NCBI RefSeq assembly: GCF_006345805.1 | Contig: NC_043013.1 | Location: 47,616,001-47,680,000, forward strand | DNA: 64,000 bases | Source of the DNA: Octopus sinensis | Lineage: Eukaryota | Reading direction: 5' to 3' | Shown: piece by piece, positions 24,480 through 37,549 of the stretch | How the letters are laid out: each line of letters begins with the position of its first letter | Numbering within the stretch: position 1 is the first letter of the stretch | Program-made: the position numbers and the translations under genes | The notes under the pieces: generated by a model | The model's database searches: none | Told to the model about the DNA's origin: nothing | Seen by the model: only the letters and a program-made list of their open reading frames with translations

Positions 24480-25070
24480 GACACGTCCTTATGCATTTTT
24501 TGGGACTGCTATCTTTGGGAAGACTTTCAGGACACTCTTAATTGGAGATGTTTACTCTTACCATTCTTGCAACTATTTTCCATCTTTTCTTGTATACATG
24601 CGGCGACAGACACTCCTTCTCAACTCTTATCTTCCTTTTTAGGTGGAAGGATAAGAGTCTCACCAGACCAAGGCTGGGGATGAAAGTTCTTGTCACAATA
24701 CCTTTCACACGGGCCTTCCACACGATCTCTTTCGCAAACGGAGCGACCTGAGGTCGTGTAGGGAACGGACTTGTTTCCAAGTCGACCTCAGGTTGCGCAC
24801 ATTTATACAGCAAATATTAAGAGTGTCCATGAAAGAATTCAGTTACTTAACCCCTCTTCCTTTTCTTCCTCCGAGGCTTGCGGGTTAATATCCACGAGGC
24901 CCTCAAATATCTGTGTGGGAAAATTCCAACCTCAAGTGCTCCATATCTTTATTGTATTTATTTTTAAATTTGTTATAATTGTCTCTGGTCATAGAAAAAA
25001 TAAGAATCCCATTGGGTGTCCTATGTTCATATTTCTGGGTCAAATCGTGCGTGTTATCTGTGAATTTGTT
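24480..25070 (-). mobile_element. Tx1/L1-type LINE remnant with large internal deletion
   Basis: MDTLNICCINVRNLRSTWKQ..LHDLRS (APE endonuclease N-terminus, ATG at 24830) is joined at about 24743 to AKEIVWKARVKG...HLKRKIRVEKECLS...RWKIVARMVRV (ORF2 C-terminus). Confidence 0.6.
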
Positions 25071-26686
25071 ACATACCATACTATGTTTTTTTCTCTGCAT
25101 CCAATCAGTCCTTTTCCCTTTCTTTTTCTTGGTACAAACAGTCCGTCTATGTCGTTTTTTGGGTACAGTATCCCATATCTAGTCAATAACTTCTTTGTCT
25201 TTCTGGCTAAGCTGTTTAGTTCGTCTACTGTTCATGCGATTACCCCTGCTCCATATCTAAGGAGTGAAACCGCCTCCCGAGGTGTTGATAGCTTCAATCT
25301 TATTCCAACCGTTTAATTTCAACTTAAGGATCAATCTCAGTCTGCGCAAGTACTCCACCTTAAATTTTTCTGTCATTTCTTTCTCCATGAATTTATGCAT
25401 TTCCAGTATCCCCAAGTACTTATAGCCCGTCTCTTCTATATGCTTCATAACCTCCCCCGTCGGTATCGCTCGCCCGTCCATACATTTCATTTTGCCTCTC
25501 TTCAAGAATAATACACACTTTTTCAGCCCGAACTCCATTCTGATATAAAAACTGAAAGTATACACCGTATCAACGAGGGAACTGACTTGGGATTCATCTT
25601 AACCATAAAATTTGAGGTCATCCATGAATGACAAGAGGTTGATTTTTTTGTTGGCGGCTTTTGAATACACACATAGACTTTGCTTTCTTCAGAATCAGTG
25701 CTAGTGGTATCAGGCACAGTACAAAGATCAGTGGAGACAGGCAGTCCCCTTGGAAGATGCCCCCTCCCCGATTTCTACTGTCCCTAAACATCTTTCACAT
25801 GCTGTCAGTTCCACCCTCCGCTTCGCCATACTTTTTCCAAGCAATCGCTCAACATTCGATGCGATACCAAATAGGTTCGTTCATTCCATAACCCAAGATT
25901 GCGGGATCATGTACGCATTATAATAATTGATCCATGGCTTGGGTAAGTTAGCTTTCTTCCTCTTGCAGTCTCTAAGTACAGTTTTGTCTATCAGGAGTTG
26001 ATCCTAGGTACCTCTGCACTTACGCTTGCAACCCTTCTGTTCACATGACAGGACTCCATTTTTTTCCACATGTTCGTACATTGACTCTGCGACCATTCCA
26101 GTCAATTTCCACGTAGGTGACAAGCAGGATATCGGCCTGTAATTGTCTACCGTATTTTCGAGCACCAACCAGAGTATTCGAGCGGTTCGAAGCAGTGTTG
26201 TTTTCTGCAAGTGCTCCACCATTATTGCAGCCCCAATTTGTTCCATGTACTTCTCAAGATTTTTACTCAGTGTTCCCAGGGCTCTGACACGTATTGGTAC
26301 CACTACCACCTTTTACATCGCCCACAACTGCTTAACCTCCCAAGCTAACCTGTCATATCTATCGACTTTTCTTTTTTCCTTATCGCATACCTTGTTGTTA
26401 GCTGGACATGCTATATCTATGTTTTTCAAGCACGGCACTGTCCTACACAGTGTCAACCATTCTGGTATTACTTGGTTGGCATTTAATAAGGTGTTGATTT
26501 TTGCAGCTATTCATGCATGACATTCACCAAATTTTGGATCCAGTAGCCTTAAAATCCATCTGATCCCGGGGCCTTCCAGTTGCCCATTTTTTTCTGATTT
26601 CCTTCATTTCCCTAACTGAAATGACTCGTTCTGCCTCTTTTGGACAGACTACTGCTTGTTTCAGTTCTTACAACCATTCAGGATTC

Positions 26687-26687
<1 letters not shown>
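25071..26687 (-). mobile_element. Decayed R4/Dong-type RLE LINE, RT region, with a displaced C-terminal segment
   Basis: [61 protein letters not shown] motifs; 5' end abuts (TAA)n. Confidence 0.85.
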
Positions 26688-26737
<50 letters not shown>

Positions 26738-26815
26738 TATTATTATTTTATTATTATTATTATATTATTATTATATATTATTATTATTATCATTATTATT
26801 TTATTATTATTATTA

Positions 26816-26856
<41 letters not shown>
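26688..26856. repeat. (ATT)n microsatellite / LINE tail
   Basis: Direct inspection. Confidence 0.95.
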
Positions 26857-26859
<3 letters not shown>

Positions 26860-27508
26860 TAATTAATTTTTATAGCGTGCTTTCACTTCACTACCGAGCG
26901 CAGCTCTGTGTGCCTTGGGTATGTGCTGTGATTTGTTGTGATGCTCTGATGGTTATTGTATGGAAAGTGTTCTGCGTAGGATGTGTGCAGTGCCTAGTAG
27001 TGCAATTTTCTGTATGTTATATGTGTTTGTAAGTCCTGGTGTTTTTGTTATGTATTTGTCTGAATATTTTTTTATCATGCCTAATGCACCTACTATGATA
27101 GGAATTGTTTCTGTTTTCAGATTCCACATTCTAGTTACCTCTATTCCAGGTCTTTGTATTTTGAGAGTTTCTCCATTTCTTTTAGAGAACACGTTGTCAT
27201 CTGCCGGTATTGATACAGCAATTAGAAGCATTTTTTTTCTTCATGATCTCTGACAACTATATCTGTCTGTTGGCCTTGATTTCTCTATCTGTGTGTATCG
27301 GCATATCCCAGAGTATGGTTGCTTTCGTTTTCTGTGACCTTTTCTGGTGTGTGCCTATACCATTTTTTCTGTTGTTATTCCATAATGTTGGCATAGCTTC
27401 CAATGTATGTAGGTTCCAACTCTGTCATGTCTGTGAATATATTCCTTCTTAGCCAGGACTGGGCAGCTAGAGATAATATGATTTATTGTTTCTTGTCCAT
27501 CTCCACAT
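26857..27508 (-). mobile_element. 5'-truncated R4/Dong LINE 3' end (second subfamily) with 3' UTR
   Basis: CGDGQETINHIISSC zinc knuckle, RLE region, PIIVGALGMIKK...QKIALLGTAHILRRTLSIQ*, then UTR and (AAT)n tail. Confidence 0.9.
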
Positions 27509-27591
27509 ATTATTATATTATTATTATTATTATTATTATTATTTATTATATTATTATTATATTATTATTATCATCATTATTATATTATTAT
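27509..27591. repeat. (ATT)n microsatellite / LINE tail
   Basis: Direct inspection. Confidence 0.9.
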
Positions 27592-30500
27592 TCTATGTTT
27601 GACTTTTGCTTTATATTTGTACAAGTTGGCTCCAAGTCTCACCCAGAGACCTCAGAGACAACAGGGTTGGAAGTCATCTTGTTGTTATGCCTAGTGTGCC
27701 ATATATTTGGGGGGTGGGGATGTTGTACTAATGAATGTCTAAAAAAAAAAGTTTGTTTTAAACCTTGAGATTACATAGATAGTATTTTGCGTAGGATATG
27801 AGCAGTTCCCATGAGCACAATCTTTTGAACTTCTGCCATTTTTGGGTTTCCTGGTATCTGAGTTAGGTAGCTATCAGCCCCTTTTGCTATCATTCCCAGG
27901 GCACCTATGACAACAGGTATTGTTTTAGTCTTCAGCTTCCACATTTTGCTGATTTCTATTTCAAGATCTTTATATTTGCTCAGTTTTTGGTAGGTCTTGA
28001 CAGATACGTTTATATCGATTGGGACAGTCATATCAATGAGGAGGCATGTTCTTTGTTTGAAGTTTTTCAATATGAATTCTGGCCTATTTGCATCTATCTT
28101 CCTGTCAGTTTGAATGGTGAAGTTCCAGAGGAGTGAGATGTGGTCATTTTCAAGCACTGGGGGTGGTTTGTGTTCCCACCAGTTTTTTTCATGGGGCAAA
28201 TCCAGGTTTTTACAGATTACCCAGTGAATATATTGTGCAGCTCTATCGTGCCTGTTGAGATACTCTGTAGGCGCTAGAAGACTGCACTTGGAGACCACAT
28301 GGTCAATGGTTTCATTTTGTTGCTTGCATACACGACACGTTGGACTGCTTCTGATCTTTAATATGTTGGCCTGGTAGTTTCTTGTTGGTAGGCATTGATC
28401 TTGAGCTGCTATGATAAACCCCTCTGTTTCAGATTTTAAGCCAGAGGCCATTAGCCATTGATGGGTCAGGGCTTTGTCGATATCTGCATTATTCGCTCTC
28501 TTTGGGTATTTGCCATAGAGAGGTTTTTCTTGCCATTTATTATTCAGAATATCTAAGGCCGCAGTTTTGGCACGGGTTTTCATGCGCCTAGCTTTTTCTG
28601 TGCTTGTTTCTTGTATATCTATCTCTAATTCCGAAATTGGTTGTATTCGGAATTCACTTAGATATTCCTTTGCCTGTTTTGTGACTGAGTATGATGCTTT
28701 CTTGTTTTCATGTTTTGAGACAAGTTTTAGCATCCAGTCCTCAGAGTTTTTCAGGTAGGTGTCTAGGCCAATTGTAGCAATCTTCATTGTTATTGCCAGT
28801 TGCAAAAGACCACGGCCTCCCTCTTTTCTTGGCAGATAGAGTCGTTCTGTATCTGCCTTAGGGTGGTGCATTCTATGCATTGTCAACAGTTTCATTATTT
28901 TTCTGTCGAGCTGACATATTTCAGTAATTGACCAGTTAACAATATTGAACTGTAAGTCACGACTGGTATAGCTAATGCATTGATTGCTTCGATCCTGTTT
29001 CTTGCATTCAGCTCTGTCTTGAGTATTGCTCTCACTCTTCGATAGCATTCTCTCCTGATCCTTTCCTTCATCTCTGAATGCCTTATTCCGTTCCCTTCAA
29101 TTATCCCTAGGTACTTGTAGCTCTCCTCTGGGGTCTAGTTCTTTTATGACATTCTGTTGGTCAAGGTTAACGTTAGATGTTTCTGTCATTTTTCCTTTGA
29201 TAAAGGTAGCCTTTGCACATTTATCGAGGCCGAATTGCATTCTGATGTCGTCACTGAATTGTTTGACTATCGCTAGTAAGCCCTTGAGTTGTTGATCATT
29301 TTTTGCAAAAAGCTTTAAATCATCCATGTAAACGAGATGATTTATATTTTTATCAAACATTTTTATCCCGTACTGCGCATCATTGAGCAGCTTTGAGAGA
29401 GGTATTAAGGATAAACAAAAGAGGAGTGGTGACAGTGAGTCACCCTGGAAAATGCCACACGAAATTTTTACATCACCAGCATTTAGGGATTCACTGTCAC
29501 TGTTCAGAGTTAGTGTGGTTCTCCATGATCTCATACTTACAGTCAAGAAGTTTCGCAGAGTTGGTGCTATCTTATACATTTCAAGGCATTTCCTAATCCA
29601 GCTATGTGGTAGGCTATCAAAAGCCTTTTTATAGTCTATCCAGGCTATTGATAAGTTTTTGGTGTCGTTTGTGACAATCTTCTAAGATCATCTTATTGAT
29701 GAGTAGTTGGTCTTTACAGCCGTAAATCCACGTTTACATCCTTTCTGTTCATTAGGGAATATGCTGCTGTCTGTTAAAAAACTATAGGTATATTCCGTCA
29801 GGACAGATGTTAGTGTTTTGTACATAGTTGTTAAGCAGGTTATGGGTCTATAGTTTTTGGTTCATTTTTCTTCACTTTTGGGAAGCAGGAATGTTAACCC
29901 ATTAACTAGCCAAGGAGGCATCCTACTAGGGTGTTGCAAAACATCATTGTACAGTTCTGTTAGCAGTTCATGGCTCTCTGGGAATCATTCAGCCAGAAGT
30001 TAGGAATTTTATCCTTTCCTGGAGACTTCCATTTGCTTGACCTCCTGAGAGCAGATCTTATATCTTCTACTTGACACCCTCCCACTTTTGCTCTTCTAAG
30101 GGGTCCAGTTCTGTAGATATTCTGTCAATCCAGGGGGCCTTTTCGTTGTGTGTTTTTTCTTCTGCCCAGATTTTATTCCAAAATCTCTGCACTTCTTCTT
30201 TGATGTACAGACCCTGCAGTAAACGCTGTTTTTCCTATCTTCCCGTAAAAATTCTTGGTGTTATTTTTGAACATGTTGTTGTCCTTGAAAAATCTAACAC
30301 GCTTTTCATACCTCGCTATGCGGGCAGCTTTGGCAGATACCTTTTGTTTGATGGTTTCTATGGTGGCATCAATATCAAGTATAGTTTTCATATTGTATTT
30401 TTCAGTAATTTTTGGGTTTTTGTAGATTTGGTAATCTTGTGAGCCTTAAGGTTTTTCAAATATTCAATGTCAGATCTAAATATTTTAATTTGTTGTTGCA

Positions 30501-31581
30501 GACGCTCTTGCCAAGAAGGCTTTTTGTGGTGGGACTGTTGCCGTTTTCTAATCTTTACACCACATAGGATCGTTGAGATTTTCGCGGATGCATAGTATAG
30601 GTGGTGAGGTTTGTGATATCAACATCATTAACTGAATTATTCTTAAGTGCAAGCAAGCCGGATTTTACCAATTATTTTCATGTTTTGGTTAGAGTTGCGG
30701 ATTTTAGGAAGTGTATCACGCTCATCCATGCTGGTTTCTTTAATTTTCAGCCATTCAATCATGGTTTGATTTTTTAGCTCATGTAATTCTGTTGGTCAAT
30801 ATTTGTGTGACTTTCTTTATCTATTTGATGCTCATCTGTCTTAGTGTTTATGATTGTTTCAGGGCGTATTTCACTTTGCCTATCACTTATACTAACTCTT
30901 TCAATCCTCTCTTCGTTTTTATCCGCCCTGGGCTGGTCTATAATCATTTCCTCTGTATTATCTTCTCTAGCTGCAGCTTCGTTCATTTTATCCGATATTG
31001 CTTGTCTAACCTGATCAATCTCTACTTCAGTCAGTAATTTCTTTTTTATAATGTTTCTTCTAACATTGGCAAGCTTGTTACTGTCTATGTAGGGTCTTAC
31101 TTCAGGGTGCTTCTGTCTCCAGTTTAAGTATGCTTGTACAGTGCTAGACTTATCTGTGGGGAAATATATGGCATGGTAGAAGGCCTCAAGAACTTCTTTA
31201 TTATCTTCCCTAGACCATTTTTCCTTCTTTTTCTTTTGATTATTTGGTGATGAGCATGGATGCCATCTGTTGGAATATTCCGGTTGTGGGGTTCGTCCAG
31301 CTCCTGTGTGTTGGGAAGATTTGATCCAGTAACTGATTTTTCAATCAGGATTTGGTTCAATTTTCGGGTACGTGGTCTTTTGTAATCCGCGCAATGACCA
31401 ATGCGGTTTATTGTTTGATTTGTTGACCTTGAAGCATGACGAGCATCCATTCTTATATTAGGAGATGGATCTGTCAGTTTTAGTTCACTACATGTAAGCA
31501 TTGCTCATAGCGCCGCTTCTTAAGACTAGCAGATCTATATTCGTCTGTATTTTTTTTGTTGATAGTTTTATCTCCGGACAT
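27592..31581 (-). mobile_element. Near-full-length R4/Dong-clade non-LTR retrotransposon (RT + CCHC + restriction-like endonuclease)
   Basis: N-terminal KWSREDNKEVLEAFY motif; RT motifs NYRPITCL, IDYKKAFDS, GIFQGDSLSP, YMDDLKLF, FGLDKC, YKYLG; CRVCKQQNETIDHVVSKC knuckle; RHD..., RPEFIL...IDMTVP, KYKDL; 3' UTR 27592-27770 and (AAT)n tail. Confidence 0.95.
27771..31581 (-). pseudogene. Frameshifted single ORF of the R4/Dong element (about 3.8 kb)
   Basis: ORF pieces 27771-29048 (425 aa), 29097-29579, 30173-30391, 30774-30986 and 31124-31501 are colinear; multiple frameshifts and stops. Confidence 0.88.
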
Positions 31582-32489
31582 TTTTTTTTTTTTTTTTCCT
31601 TTCCTCCTCTCCTTTCTTCAGGCTTACTGTGTCTGTATTAGTTCGAAATAATGAGAATAAAATACGGAGAAGGAAACGAAAAGAAAGGAAAAAGACGGGA
31701 TCTGTCAGTTATTATTGTTATTACTATCATCTTCACCACCATCACCATCATCAGCAACATCACCATCACCATCATCATCTTCAATGACATGTTTTATGTG
31801 TAGCCACAGCCACCATCAACACTCCATTGTGTTGGAGAATGGGTGGTTAAAGAATTCATGTTCTTTGGGTCTATAAATAGCTACGGTAGATGGTGGAGAC
31901 AAAGGACGTTAATGGTCAGTAAAAGGTCAAACCTGTTTACGTTTATTTATTTATTTATTTATTTTTTCCTTTCTCTTTTCTTCTTCACCACATGCATTAT
32001 AGTATATATATGTATATTCACTCACACATATTATCTGATGTTTTCGTCGAAGATTTTTTTTTCTTTTTTTAAATAACTTTCTGAGTTCAATGTTATGTAT
32101 ATATTTTTAAATTCTGAATTCAGTTGTATGTATATAGTAGTAGGTGCTTAATTCCATAACTTTTTATCGTGCATTTATTGTGTTGTTACAATAAAAGGTA
32201 ATTTAAAAGGCAATTTTACACATTCTTATAGTCATGAGAGACGACTAAATGTAATGTTCACACAGAATTGGAGATATTTATGTTTCTATTTTTCTTGTTA
32301 GGTGTACGTTTGTATGAGCTGTAGATATGTAAGTTTTTTTTTTTTTTACTTATTTTGAGGGTAATTCAAATTACTTACAGTAAACAGTAGATCTTCCAGT
32401 TTTCTACAGTTGACCTGCTGGGTTCGCTGTTGCCAGTTCAGAGCATCGTAAAAATACGTCCATCCTCTGTCACGTCCAGCCGCCGCCTT

Positions 32490-32490
32490 A

Positions 32491-32551
<61 letters not shown>

Positions 32552-32614
32552 CATCATTATTATTATTATTATCATTATTATTATTATTATTATTATTATT
32601 TTATTATTATTATT
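32490..32614. repeat. (ATT)n microsatellite
   Basis: Direct inspection. Confidence 0.95.
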
Positions 32615-32745
32615 GAAGCAGAATCGTTAATGCGTCAGATGCAGTTCTGAGTGGCATTTCTTCCGGATTTTTACAATCCCCAGTTCAAACCCCGCCAACG
32701 TCTATTTTGTTTTTCGCTCTTTCTGGAACAATAAAATATGTAACA
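32615..32745 (+). mobile_element. Degenerate family-A SINE fragment
   Basis: gcagaatcgttaatgcg...cagttcaaaccccgccaacgtc. Confidence 0.5.
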
Positions 32746-32792
32746 AAGTTTATATTTATTTTCAGCTATTAGGGAAAACCTCAAGTAAATAT

Positions 32793-33210
32793 TACTCTTT
32801 TTACTCTTTTCCTCTTTTACTTGTTTCAGTCATTTGACTGCGGCCATGCTGGAGCACCGCCTTTTAGTCGAGCAACTCGACCCCGGGACTTATTTTTTGT
32901 AAGCCCAGTACTTATTCTATCGGTCTCTTTTGCCGAACCGCTATGTGACGGGGACTTAAACACACCAGCATCGGTTGTCAAGCAATGCTAGGGGGACAAA
33001 CACAGACACACAAACACATACACACACACATATATATACATATATACGACAGGCTTCTTTCAGTTTCCGTCTACCAAATCCACTCACAAGGCTTTGGTCG
33101 GCCCGAGGCTATAGTAGAAGACACTTGCCCAAGATTCCACGCAGTGGGACTGAACCCGGAACCATGTGGTTGGTTAGCAAGCTACTTACCACACAGCCAC
33201 TCCTGCTCCT
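32793..33210 (-). mobile_element. Intact family-B SINE
   Basis: Reverse complement of 46197-46617 including the (AAAAGAGT)n tail. Confidence 0.93.
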
Positions 33211-35829
33211 ATGAAATTTATATTTGTTGCCCTCTGTTATTGTTTTTTCTCGTTTCGCTAAATGGACTTTGTCACCTTTAAGAGTTTGACTTAATTTTAT
33301 CAACTCTAAAATACATAGCACTTTGAGGCTGAGTTAACAAATTTATTCCCGAGAAACACAAGTACTGCTTCGTAAATACGTATAAAAATCTAGATTTGAC
33401 TTTGAAATTTTTGTTATTTATGGAAACACAGAAATTAGATTAACAAATACGACACAATGGAACAATGATAATGTAGAACTGCAGCATCATAAAAGAACAT
33501 TTAAAGAAATATCCAGCAATTTATTTATTTTCATCTGAAATTTTTGTTTCGTCAATTCATATGTGTATTCTAGAATTTTGCGAGTATATATAAAGAAAAA
33601 GATGAAAATCAGACTTGAAAAATGATCGACAAGATATGTCTGCGGGTGGAAAAAAAAAGAAGCAGATATTCTGTGAGTTGAGGGTTTTTAAAATTTTTTT
33701 TTTTTTGATTTACGCATTCGAGATCCTGGCAAAGAATACACGTGTGATTTCATTTCCTGTGAAATAAGCCGAAAGAAACCGGATATTCTGTAACCACTAA
33801 AAGAAATGAATAAAACAACGTAAGAGAAAAGAGACAAAAAATTTTTTAAATTGAAAAGAAAAACAATTGACTCTCGGTCTGCTAAGGAAATTTTAACAAT
33901 GATAGTATTCTTCAAAGATAGATTCTTTAGCTTTTTACCTATTTATTTTTATTTTTTATTTTAATTTTCATGTTTTCTTCTTTTTATTTTTTTTCAAAAA
34001 TGCTGGTAAACCAATAACTGATAACTCGCAGAGGGATGTTTAATGCTTAAATGTTCATATGTTATAAAAGTTTGCTTTTTTAACAAAAAAAAAAAAAAAA
34101 CAGAGAAAGAAACGAACGTCGTTTCGCATGTTTATATTCTGAATTAATCACAAATTACTGTTGCCATAGTAATTGCTAATTTGATGTTATATATCGAAGC
34201 CATTTTTTTTCTCGAATTTTTTTTTTTATTTTATGTTATTTCACTTTTGTAAATCGTTCTCCATAGTTGTTGATTGTTGTTTTTTTTTTGTTTTCAAAAT
34301 ATATATATTTTCATTGATTCAGTTTCATATAAATGAAGCTCAGTAATTCAAAATCAACACACACATACTCACATACTCACACATACACATAAACACACAC
34401 ATATACACAAAACACATACATACAAACAAAAACACACATATATATACACACATACATATATATATACATATATATATATATTATATATATATTGTGTATA
34501 TGTATGTATGTATGAATGTATGTAGAGAATGGAGGACAGATGAATCACTTAAATGAAAATATGAGTGCCCCTTTTTGTTACCACGGCGATATAGCTAAAA
34601 ACAATTAAATGAAAAACAGTAACAAAAACAACAAATACAATCCTAGCTGAAAGTTTGCTGATACGCTATGACGAAAAATATATTATCTATTGATTTAGAA
34701 TTTCAAAAAAAATGTGAAAAATATAAGTTATGTTTGAGTGAAGCGAGTGTGCCTCACAATACAGTTGAACCATGTAAATCAGCGATTGAGATAGCTTGAT
34801 TGTATATATGTATTTATGGATGTATGGATGGCTTATATACGTATATGCATTTCAGTACACAGACTCACGCAAGCACACACACTCACACACACACTCATAC
34901 ACACACACTCACACACACACTCACACACGCACATATATGTATGTATGTGTGTATATATATATATATGCTAGTCAAGATCATTTGTCTCCTAAATCAATGG
35001 ATTTTAAAGATTATCCTATAAACTACGAGCCCTGTTTCGACCACTTTAATGCCTAAAAGACATAAATTCATATTCTCTCACGGTAAAGTCCTATTTATAT
35101 ATATATATATATACACGTTCACAGACATACACAGATATACGCATGCGTTATATTTATCTAGCTACCTATGTATGTTTGCAAGCAAGTGTGTGTGTGCTTG
35201 TATATATGTATGTATGTATATTGAAGTCTCATATGTTTACATTGTGGTGAGAGTTTATTACCCTAATGCAGAATTTAATTTAGCAGCAACAATGATTCAC
35301 TTCTGGCCCATCCAAAATGCACTAAGGAACAGCAATGCTATTCTTTGCACATGCCCATCGTATTCGCCACACAGTCACATACAACTACGAATTCACTTTG
35401 TGATGCTAGAAGTGCCTCCAAATCCGGAGTGATTCAACTACCGTCACAACTAACCGGTGTTTAACGCCAATATAGTAACTGCAACACGTCATTAGATCCC
35501 TTGTCTCTGAAACTATAACAAATCTCGTCTCATATTTTGCCATCCTTCTTATGCTGGCCAATAGTACAACGAAGGCCAGGGTATACACAACAGAATTTGA
35601 ATTTAGATTCACTGTAGATATAGAGAAAACCCCTCGTAAACCATCCTTTTGTACTCAAGTTGTTTTTATATATACTTATATTAAGTGTAAATGAGGCGAA
35701 TTTATACATATTTTTAGCTCGATGTCTGTTCTGCACTGAAGAGCTAGCTTCCATTATTTTTATTATTTCTCATATGTAAAGAGGAAAACATTCTTGATTT
35801 TCCCAACCCCTAGTTTGTGGCTCAATTTC

Positions 35830-36290
35830 AAAAACACAAATATAATACCTGTAACATCGCTTCTTTCATTAGTTTCTGACTCACTGCCTCATCACTTATC
35901 ACAGGTTTGCTTTCTATGCAGGTCACTTGAATCTTGTTTTCATATATCCAACGATCTTTCACTCTTGAAGGCTTCGCTGGAAGAGAAATTGGTGTTCTGG
36001 ATAATAGTAAAGTATTCGATGTGTACCTGCATTTGCATCTCCTACATGCTTCATTCGCCACTCATTTCTCTAGTCAGAAATTTCTTGTTAGAATGGTCCC
36101 ATACACGATTCATCAAAGAGGCTTCTCCAACCAGAAAGCTAGCAACTCTGGTGTACCCTAACTTTCTGTTATTTTCCACACTCTCTATCTTACTTTGCTT
36201 GATGTTATTTCTAATCACACATAGTCTCATGCAGGAAACGTCACTATTTATATCGCCTAAAACCTGCGGAACCCAGCTACCATCCAACTT
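35830..36290 (-). mobile_element. Possible highly decayed RTE-type LINE 3' fragment
   Basis: Weak: PSRVKDRWIYE...SDEAVSQKLMKEAML resembles GRP..RW.D...DR..WR.L; no other motif is clean. Confidence 0.25.
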
Positions 36291-36328
36291 TCCTTAGACC
36301 TACACTTAAACAACATGCAGTTAACTTC

Positions 36329-36430
36329 TATGAACAATTTTCTCGATAAACCCAAGAGAAAAAGATGTTTTATAAACACATTCTACCAGTATACGAAGTT
36401 TAAATTTTTTAGTTACCTAGAAATTATGTT
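36329..36430. mobile_element. Fragment of the 415-bp MITE
   Basis: ccaagagaaaaagatgttttataaacacattctaccagtatacgaagtttaaa...gaaattatgtt matches about 6400-6478. Confidence 0.85.
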
Positions 36431-36733
36431 CGCTCGGTCAGAGATCAACTGTGACCAAACGAAAACGACAACAGCATTTACTATTTTTAAGAGAAAGAGA
36501 GAGATCGTCAAATTAAAACATGATAATATAGTCTTACTCTGCAGCTTCAAGACACATGTATGCACGTATGCATATAATGTCTACGCATGCATGCATATAT
36601 GTATGCAGGTACGCACCTAGCATACATTATATGTATGCACGTATGCATATAAAAATGTATTTATATATTATATATACGTACGCACATGCGTATAAGTATG
36701 TATGCATGAATGTATGTGTGTATATATATGAGT

Positions 36734-37053
36734 GTGAGGGTGCGTGGCTTAGTGGTTAGGGCATTCGGCTCATGATCGTAAGGTTGTGAGTTCGATTCCC
36801 GGCGACGCGTTGTGTCCTTGAGCAAGACACTTTATTTCACGTTGCTCCAGTCCACTCAGCTGGCAAAAATGAGTTGTACTTGTATTTCAAAGGGTCAGCC
36901 TTGTCACTCTCTGTGTCACGCTGATTATCCCCGAGAACTACGTTAAGGGTACACGTGTCTGTGGAATGCTCAGCCATTTGCACGTTAATTTCACGAGCAA
37001 GCTGTTCCGTTGATCGTATCAGCTGGGACCCTCGTCGTCGTAACCGACGGAGT
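36734..37053 (+). mobile_element. tRNA-derived SINE (family C head, body type 2)
   Basis: gcgtggcttagtggttagg (A box)...gagttcgattccc (B box)...gcaagacactttatttcacgttgctccag...cgtcgtcgtaaccgacggagt. Confidence 0.9.
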
Positions 37054-37549
37054 CTTTAAAAGATATATATGAGTATGTATGTATGTATTCATATGTATAT
37101 GTATGCATGTTTTTTTTCTTTGAGTTTAATTTAAGTTCTTGGGAGAGAGCTGGTTGCTAACAAAATAACAAGACTTTTAAGTTAAGAGTGTTCCCGATAT
37201 TTGTGAATATGTGGTTGAGTTGGTGTGTTGGTTAAGCTGCCGAAGCATACACCCAAGTGTGTGCATCTGTTCACATCAGAATCTCAGATGGAGAATTTTT
37301 GAACGTCTTACACATCTTCACTCTACCACTAATAGATTGGATTTAGAGAATCCGCGTCAGTTTCTTTTGCTCATTTTTCGTGAAAGCATGTGCTTCTAGG
37401 GTTTTGTGAAAATTTGTTGGTACATAACTTAATGTACTTATGATGATAACTGCAAAAAAAGAATTCATAGTCAGGAAACAAGAACTGTAAATTCCGAATA
37501 AATTCGCCATAAATGTTCAGTTTTTCTTGAAATTTTGATTGCACTTACC

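Noticed and set aside
31467-31710. 13-bp direct repeat ggatctgtcagtt at 31467 and 31698 near the LINE 5' end
   Set aside because: Does not bracket the element as a TSD and no further homology follows; unexplained but too short to support a claim.
35300-35420. YDGHVQR as an RTE C-terminal relic on minus strand
   Set aside because: Single short motif with no colinear support.
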